From assembly GCF_009914755.1 (NCBI RefSeq), contig NC_060935.1: a DNA stretch of 64,000 nt. One strand, 5' to 3'. This DNA is from the human T2T-CHM13v2.0 reference genome, Homo sapiens. The notes beneath the pieces are model-generated. The model was not told the origin of the DNA and made no database searches. It was given only the letters and a program-made list of their open reading frames with translations. The position numbers and the translations under genes are program-made. Positions 29,001-64,000 of the stretch are shown here, one piece after another. Every line of letters starts with the position of its first letter. The stretch's first letter is position 1.

Positions 29001-30697
29001 CCCCGCTGCTGCTTCCTTGGAGGGAGGGACCCATTCTACAGATGGGGAAGCTGAGACCACACAACTAGGAAGTGTCAGAGCTGGAGACCAGCTGGGTCAT
29101 TTGACTCCAGAGCCCACCCCATTTGGAATGGAGGGGGCGCCAGACCCTCTCCTACTGCCTTCCCATCATCTGGAGGGGAGGGCAGAGGTGCAGAGAGACC
29201 TGCTGGGTTCCTGGAGGGGCCAGGAAAGGGGCACAGGGTGAGGAGTGGGCTGGAGCCTGGACCCCAGGGCCGCAGGATGGAGGCGTATTCATTTACACCA
29301 TAAAAGTGGCTGGGTGACCCCTGGCTAGAGCGGGGACCAAGGGGGACAGGGGTAGGGGGTGAGCCAGTGGAGCCTCACATGCCAGGCACGGGGGCTGATC
29401 ACGTCCCCACACCTTTCCCCCCGCCCATTACAGGTTGTTCCCCCACCCCCTGGGAAGTGCTGGAAGGAGCCCGGCCCTCGAGCCCTCGGCATAGTGGCTG
29501 TGGGAGCCCTGATGGCCCTGAGCCAGGGGTGACCCCTCCCCAGATCCCCAGAGCTGATTCCCCACACCTCCTTATTTGGCCAGCACAGCCCCAAAGGGAG
29601 CCAGGTCAGACACAACCCTCCTCTGAGCTCACCCTTTGTGCTGGGCACATAACATTGGACTTTACCTCTCCAAGTGTCAGTGGAGTCCTGTATGAAACAA
29701 AAGCACCGTACCCCCTCCCCAAGGGTTTCTCCCCCCAGGGATTAGTGTGAGGTCGTGTGGATGAAGGGATTCAGTTGAGGCTCTGGTTATTTTTGTCACC
29801 TCCCTAGATCCTGTCTCTGTCAGGGGTGCCACGTCCCATTCACCCAAAGAGGAAGTAGAGGCACAGAGAGGGTGAGAGACTTGCCCAAGGTCACACACCC
29901 AATCTCAGCCTGGGCTCCAAGTCCCTCTGCCCTGTGGCCGGGCCTGGTCCTTAGGGATGGAACCCAGCCCCGCTGCCCCCTGCCCTGCCCACCTGCAGCC
30001 TTGGGCCATCTGCTCAGTGTTCCCTCGTTCCCTCCTTCTCTCCTTTCCCAGGCTGGGGCTGGGGCTGCGTTTCCCTGTTTAGAGTTAAGTAAACCAGACC
30101 CAGGGGAGGAAGTGACTGGCTGGGCAGGCGGGGCCCTGACCAGGCCTGTCCCCTCCCCCTAATTTTCGAGCTAAGCAACTGATTCCCACAGAGGGGCCCT
30201 GGGCCCTGAGAGCAGTGGCTTTGGAGCTGGAGGGGCCCCAGCATCCAGGGCGGGTTGGAGGTGGCCTGGCACCTGCCCCCACCCCACATCGGCCTTGAGC
30301 AAGGCCCCGGGCCCTTCCCCGCCATTCTGTAGTTTCACTTTTGTTGGTTTCAACACCTGGAAGGCTGCGGCTGCTGCCGGGCGGCCCGGGCCTCAGGGGA
30401 CAGCCCCCCCACAGCAGTGCTCCCTGGCTAGCCCCAGGGTACCCGGTGGAGATGCCCGCTCCTACCACTCAGCACATGCAGCTCCACAGGGAGCAGCGAG
30501 GGCTCCAGCCACCCCCGGGGCAGCCCTGGGCCTAAGTGCCTGGGCCAGTGGGGTCCTGTCTAGGGTGACGGCAGCCCGAGAGGAGGGAGGCCAGAGTGAA
30601 GGTGGGGGTGGAGCCGGTGTCACTGGGAGACGCTGGAGGTAGGGGCGGGGGTCCCCATGGGCAGAGCAAGCCAGGAGAGAGCTTGAGGTCGGCCTGA

Positions 30698-40460
<9,763 letters not shown>

Positions 40461-40513
40461 GGCCCACTGCAGGTCCTGCCAGACCTCCTTCCTGACCTCT
40501 GAGGCAGGAGAGG

Positions 40514-40519
40514 AATAAA
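40514..40519 (+). terminator. TCIRG1: TCIRG1 polyA signal AATAAA
   Basis: 53 nt after the stop codon; U-rich tract downstream. Confidence 0.9.
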
Positions 40520-42505
40520 GACGGTCCGCCCTGGCAGTGATGTCTCGTCTCTCTTCCCTCCTTTTTAGCTGAGGCAGGTGGCAGGGTAGAAGGCATGGTG
40601 TAGGATCTGGGACCTCAAAAGTCAAGGCCTGGACCTGAGCAGATCTGCAATAATGTCAGACTCTTGGGGTGAAAAGGGGCAGAAAAGGGCCAAGGAGAGA
40701 TGTTTCCAGCACATTCTAACTTGGAGTGAGCAAATGTCTTCCCAGGCCGGGTCAGGGGAGTGAGCTCCCCATCCTTGGAGGTGTGCACCTGGCTGTGAGC
40801 GGGTGTCTGGGTTACTCTCTGTTGGGAGTGGTGCCAATATCCATGCCCTGGTGCCGGGCCTCAGGGGTCTGGAAGTACAGAGCAGTGTGGGGCACCTGAG
40901 CCCCGGCCAGTGCTCCATGCAGGGCCATGGTGTCACACGCCCAAGGCCACACACCTGCCAGGAAGGGTAGAGGCTGTCCCCAGCAGCAGACATTACCCAG
41001 GACCCCGGGGTTCAGAACAGGGGCTGAGCCTGACTCCAGGCCCAGCCTCCCCTCACCTGAGACTACAGTCTTCCTGATCCCTCCCAGGTGGTCCTTCCTG
41101 CGTTGCTGGCAGAATGGGGGTGGCTTTCTGCAGTTCCCTCTGGCCTGGGTCCCACCCCCACTGGGAGGCAGAGGAAGTGCTTCCCAGAAGCCAACAAGCT
41201 GCAAAGTGGTTCTTCCCACAGCTGTGGCTGAGGCCAGCTGCTGGGAGGAGCCTGTCCATTGGCTCCTGGACTGCTTTGCTCAGGACCTCTGGATGCCAGG
41301 GGTCGTATCAGGGGCTCTAAGGTAATTCCACATGCCCAGCAGATTCAGCTTAGAGAAACGGTGCTCACAGTGCTGGGGTAGGAGCAGAGAAGGCTAAATG
41401 AAGGACTCCGGAGAGCTGCAGGTGGATCTGGACCAAATCCAGAACCCAACGCCTTACTCCCTCCTGGGGAGAGAGCTGGGCAGAGACTTGGGGCGGGCAG
41501 TGAGGTGGGGATAGGTGAGCAGCACTCGTGGTGAGTGGCCCCAGTGTGATTTAGGAGGGGTGCAGTGTGGGATCCCAGGGACATGACCAGTCAGCCCCGC
41601 CCTGGCTTTGACATGGGGGTGCCTGGCAGTGGTGGCTAGAGAAGTCCAGTTTGCCAAGAGAATGGCACATAAGGCACTGGGGTGGGCACCTCTGGGGCAT
41701 GGACATAGGGAGACATAGGGATGGGGTGGGTCACCTGCGTGGAGGACTGGGCACTGAACAGCACAGGCCCGAGCCCATCCTTGTCCACGTGAGCTTATGG
41801 CCTGATGTAGAGACCACCAGGGGCTCCAGGAAAGTTAAGCTGCATGGAGAGAAACGATGGGCCAGGGCCGGGCCCAGGGTGGTTTAGGGAATGGCAGTGT
41901 CCTGGGTAGAATAGGAAGGCCTGAGACTGTGACTGAGCTGACAGTGGGGCAAAGTGAAGGAGCCCAGTATTGGAAGATCGGCTCCACATGTATCTCTGCG
42001 AGGAGACTGCAAGCGAGCTCGTGTGGACCAGGCAGAGGCGAGGGCTGAGTGAGGCCAGCAGTGGCCTGGGCACAGGAAGACGGTGAGTGAGAAGCCACTG
42101 GAGCTCCTGTGCAGGAGCGCAACACCTTTACTGCTTCATTCAGTTTGGCTTCACCTGCTTAAAACTGTAACTCTCTAGAAGGCTGAACAGCAAAAGCCTC
42201 CCTCCTGCCCAGCCGCTCAGCATCCCCAGGCACCAGCACTGCTCCCAGTCTCCAACGTCCTCCAGGGCTCTTCGCTTCTGGGCTAGAAGCAGGGAAACCA
42301 GAGTGTGCTGGGGAAGAAGAGGAGGAGGTGGAGGAGGGCTGATGATGGGGCCACATGCTGCTGGGATGCCAGCTGAGAGCAGCGGAGCACTGCTAAGCTA
42401 AGGGGCTGAGTGGGTGCAGATGGAGCCCTCCGTGGGCTCCTTCAGGTACCAGGAGCCCTGCCTGAGATTCAGGACACATCCAAGGGTGACAGCTTGAGGT
42501 TGGGT

Positions 42506-42520
42506 TTTAATTTTTTTATT
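42506..42520 (-). terminator. CHKA: CHKA polyA signals AATAAA (42515-42520) and ATTAAA (42506-42511)
   Basis: TTTATT and TTTAAT on +; about 1.1 kb past the CHKA stop codon. Confidence 0.8.
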
Positions 42521-43628
42521 TGTATAGTACAATCTCTGTGGTAGCAGAAATATATGCACAAAAAACAATTCAAATAAGAGTTCAGAGTAAAAAAAAGTCA
42601 GCTAAGACTGTATCCCGCAGGACATTTCATATATATGGATTTCACAGCTACACTCGATCCACGCCCCACACCACATACAGGCTGCTGTCTCCCACAAGAA
42701 TGATGATGTCAGGGGCATCAGGAAAGGTAAGGGCCGGGAAACCGGGCCCTTGGAGAACCCTGCCCAGGGGAGGCCCAGCCTACTCACAGGATCCGACACT
42801 CCAGGCAGAGCAGAGGGCAGGAGAGGCCCAAAGAGCTAGGTCAAGCAGCTGGCTCCCCTGGGAGGGGAGCCGGGAGACAGGGAGGTCCTCACACTGCCCC
42901 CGTGGCCACGCATGGCTGTCTGCACACTCCATCAGGAGGAAGGGCAGGGGAGAAGTCACATGCAGTACAGTGAAACTCATCAGTGTCACACACGCCCAGC
43001 AGGAGGGGAGAGCTCTGCTCCACACGCTGGCGGCCTTGGCTGCTCCAGAGCAATCCGCTGCTCCAGCTTCAGCCATGGGACCAAGAGGGTAAAGGAGCAG
43101 CTTCTGGAGGCCCCAGGCAGAGGCCACCTTGCAGCAGTGACTGGCGACTTTGCAGTACATCTCTGCTCACTTGCTGTCCCTTGGGAGTGAGCACCGTCTA
43201 TAACACATCGCCATCTACAAAAGCCTGGTCACAGTGTTCACCAGCACATTCATGAAAATTTAAATCAACATTAACCAAAGTACCTGCAAGTAACACTGCT
43301 TACTCTTGCTGTTTGCCTCATCTGACTGGAAACCTTAGCCCCCAAATATGAAATGCCTTCTCTAGATTAAAAGGATTCAGAGATGTTGCACTATTGCACT
43401 ATATTTCTGCTTCCCGATCTCGTTTCTGAGTCCTAGTGAAATCGTAAACAAGAGATGAAATAAACGTCGCTCCATTTTAATACCGTCTTTAGTATCATAC
43501 ACATGTGTTCAGTAGTGAGCCACCCAAAGCCTCCTGCCACAGGAGCAGTAGTCGAAGCACAGAGGGGACCCCGCTCTGCTGCCTCCCCATGCAGTCCAGT
43601 GATGAGGTGGATGGAGTCCTCCCCACAG

Positions 43629-60516
<16,888 letters not shown>

Positions 60517-61903
60517 TTAAAAACTGACATTTACCAAGTAAACTAAAAAGAGTGAGATCACACAGTCTTAGGAACGAGAAGTGTTTTTGTAGTGCATTTA
60601 AGTCTCACCCAATGCCCCAAATTCCCTTAAGAATGGACACTGTGTCCCTACAGACAGTGACCCAGCAATTGCTATGGCATTTCTACAGTGAGGAGCCGGC
60701 CACCTCCAAAGATCTATTTCATTTTGAACCCTTTTTAACTATGAGAACTCCTTCCTTAAATTTTATTGAACTACTACACTATCATCTATTATTCTGGCCT
60801 CTAAAACCACACTGAATGTCTATTCACTACCCAATGCTGAAGTCCATGTCTTCAGCAGTTTATCACATGGCCCCACTTCCAGCTCCTCCATCAGCTGGGA
60901 CATTCTACTCTGATGTGTTGCAGGTGAGATGTGGGGTCCAGAATAGGTCCTAACCAGGAGATGCGTCACAGAGACAGGGGGGCCGTCTCCAGCTGCTCCC
61001 AGTGGTGGTGTCAGCACCTGGCCTGGCACAGAGCAGGTGTCCAGGGCAAAGTTGGGCAAAGAAACAGTGTCTAGAGGACTTCCTCCTGGCCTCTGCATCC
61101 TGCACTTCCCCTAAATCAGCCCGAGGCCATGCTTGTTTGGCTGCCCTTTTACAGGAGGCCCATGGGAGCTCACAATCAACTGAGACCTCCAGAGCTTCCT
61201 CATGCAACCTGCCACCCTGCAGAAATCTAAAGAGAGGTTTCTGTGAAAATGCAAAGAAGTACAGCACAGGGGTAAGAGTGAATGCTCCCAACTCAGGGAA
61301 ACCTCAGTTGAAATTGTGGCTTTAATTCTCATTTCAAAGCTACATGGCCATCCAAGTTACCTCATACATCTGTGTGTTCCCATTTCTATCAAATGGGAAT
61401 CAGGACATGAATTCTCTCACAGAGTTGCCAGGAGAGCTGGAGGAGAGAATGCAGATGAGGTCTCTGGGACAGCACCTAGCCCAGGGTGCAGCTCAGCAAG
61501 TGGCAGATGTCTGCTACTGAGAGCTAAGAGCTCACTGTAAGCATTGGACTCAACCTTCTATTCAACTCCCTCCAGAAAGCACTGTCACCACAGCACTGTC
61601 AACAAATTACCATGCTGCAATAAGAACAGGGCCTCCACTTCCAGCAGCAGGACACACAGGACTTATTAAGGTAGCTCACTCAGCTTTCAAAACTGCCATT
61701 AATTTGGCAACAAGGAAAATCTGAAGCTAACATGCTCAGATATGAACAAATCTCAGTATTCCAAATTCCTTCCCCAGTAGAGAAAGAGAAACAGACTACC
61801 TACTATCCCTAGTGGCCCGGCTATTCTCACATGCCCTTTGAAAGATGGCTACAGGAATCATGAAACTAAATCACCTGATCCCAAGCAGTGAAGAGTAAAC
61901 CTA

Positions 61904-62210
61904 AGCCAGGCGTGGTGGCTCATGCCTGTAATCCCAGCACTTTGGGAGGCCAAGGCGGGAGGACTGCTTGAGCCCAGGAGTTTGAGACCAGCCTGGGCAA
62001 CACAGGGAGACCCCGTCTCTACAAAAAAATAAACAAAATTAGTCAAACATGGTGGCACGTGCCTGTAGTCCCAGCTACTCGGGAGGCTGAGGTGAGAGGA
62101 TCACTTGAGCCTGGGAGGTTGAAGCTGCAGTGAGCTGAGATCAGGCCACTTATACTTCACTATACTGGGCAATAGAGTGAGACCCTATCTTAAAAAAAAA
62201 AAAAAAAAAA
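61904..62210 (+). mobile_element. Alu (J-type)
   Basis: Full Alu, poly-A. Confidence 0.94.
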
Positions 62211-62349
62211 GCAAATCTAGAAATAACATACGGTATTAGGTTGAATCAAATGAAACTGCCATTCTTGTTGGTCAAAAACAGTCAAACACCGGCGGCGTCA
62301 TATGGTTCAAACCTAGTATATAACAGAATTTTTAAAAAATCTTCACTAT

Positions 62350-62641
62350 GGCTGGGTGCAGTGGTTCACACCTGTAATCCTGGTGACTTAGGAGGCTGAG
62401 ACAGGAGAAGAGCTTGAAGCCAGGAGAGTTCAAGACCAGCCAGGGTAACACAGCAAGACCCATCTCTACAAAAAAAAATTTTTAATAAGCTGGGTGTGCT
62501 GGTGTGCACCTGTACTCCCAGCTACCTGAAAGGCTAAGGCAGAAAGATCACTTGAGTCCAGGAGTTCGAGGCTGCAGTGAGCTATGATCATGCTATTGCA
62601 CTCCAGCCTGGGCAAGAGAGTGAGACTCCCATCTCAAAAAA
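62350..62641 (+). mobile_element. Alu (J-type)
   Basis: Diverged full Alu. Confidence 0.92.
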
Positions 62642-63011
62642 TTTAATATATAATAAACAATACATACAAGAGCATAGATAGAACTTAAGAACTAGAACAA
62701 AATCAGTTCCACAGATACTATAATCTATGTGTCCTGATGCCTGCCCTTTTTGTCCCCAAGATATTTTTATTATTCTGAATTGTGTTAACACAATTCCCTT
62801 ACCTTTTCCAAAAAGAGAACTTTTACTACATGTGCACATATTCTTAAACAATTTTTAAAATTTATCAGGCTTTATAGAATGGTATGATACTACTTACAGT
62901 CTCCTGCAGTTTGATCATTCAACATTATGTTTGTAAGATTCACCTATATTGCCACTTATAACCATATGAGGTTCTATTATTTACAAAATTCTTTCAAAAA
63001 CTTATCATCTC

Positions 63012-63146
63012 GGCCGGGCGCGGTGGTTCACACCTGTAATCCCAGCACTTTGGGAGGCCAAGGCGGGTGGATCACCTGAGGTCGGGAGTTCGAGACCAGC
63101 CTAGCCAACATGGAGAAACCCTGTCTCTACTAAAACATAGCCAGGT
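63012..63146 (+). mobile_element. Alu left arm only
   Basis: Stops just after the linker. Confidence 0.88.
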
Positions 63147-64000
63147 GCCAGGGAGCAAACTAAAGGAAAAAGCCAGCGCAGTGAAGGCACCATCCACTCA
63201 TCTAAACACATCCTCAGCACTGGCAGCTAGCACAACACTAGCACAGACGGACAGTGCCACTGTCAACTAGAAGAGGATACCTCTTCTGGGGAGACAGAGC
63301 ACAACTAGCCTCTCTGTTTCTGGGCTGTGGGATTAGACAAAGAAACCCCTGCCCCTGGTCCCCAGCCAGACGCAGCAGAGCACCCCTCTGCCAGGCATCC
63401 TAGTGCTGGGCTCCATCTGCACAGATGTACAGGGCAGCCCTGGACATGCCCAGGCCTCTCATGGATAAGATATCTCATGCAGCAGGGCAGGAAAAGCTAG
63501 CAGCTTATGATTCTAGTCCTCAAGGAACTTACGCTCAATGAAAATGGGGAATATCTGATCTATCTAGGAAGAGAGTGCAGGCTGACAAAGACGAGCATTG
63601 CCAATCAAAGAAGTATTGCCAGGGCTCAGAGCCACACTTCAACACTTAGGGTTCATGAGAACCTCTGGGCATGAAGCATTGTGCAGGGCATGGAGTCAGG
63701 GGTGGGTGGGTAGAGGAACAGGACCTATGCTTTAGATATGTACATGTAACTCTAAGACATGGTATACTGGTAAATGTTACAGCAACATTAAAACTGCCTT
63801 GGGACAATAAGAAAGGGAAAATAATCCTGACTGCTTAGAAATAAGACTGCAAGGTCTTGGAGCAAGGCCTTGAAATCTAAGAATTTGACCAGCATATGGG
63901 GACAGGAAGATGGGAGGTAGGGAGACTCAGTAGGAATGCACAAAACAAACCAAGGAAGGGTGATGGGAAAGAACAGGCATGGCCCCCACAGGGCTACAGT

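Overview
Human-type (Alu-rich) genomic DNA that I recognise from the spliced translations as the 11q13.2 cluster. It holds three complete + strand genes: ALDH3B1 (9 coding exons, 468 aa), NDUFS8 (6 coding exons, 210 aa) and TCIRG1 (19 coding exons, 830 aa). The 3' part of CHKA lies on the - strand (exons 5-12, last 247 aa; its 5' end is beyond the window). I spliced all four by hand; frames are continuous and the lengths match the known proteins. Three intronic miRNA hairpins match sequences I recall (MIR7113, MIR4691, MIR6753). The rest is Alu, L1, L2, MIR, LTR and Tigger remnants; repeat family names are from memory and approximate. Most entries in the ORF track are chance ORFs in GC-rich or Alu DNA. 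I found no clearly new gene system. The best unexplained signals are: (1) a 177-bp element duplicated in two CHKA introns, with a compensatory base-pair change; (2) a minisatellite that multiplies the TCIRG1 exon 8 splice donor; (3) a solo LTR supplying the apparent ALDH3B1 polyA signal; (4) a GC-AG intron in NDUFS8 whose competing GT site is masked by a hairpin; (5) mirtron-like short TCIRG1 introns.
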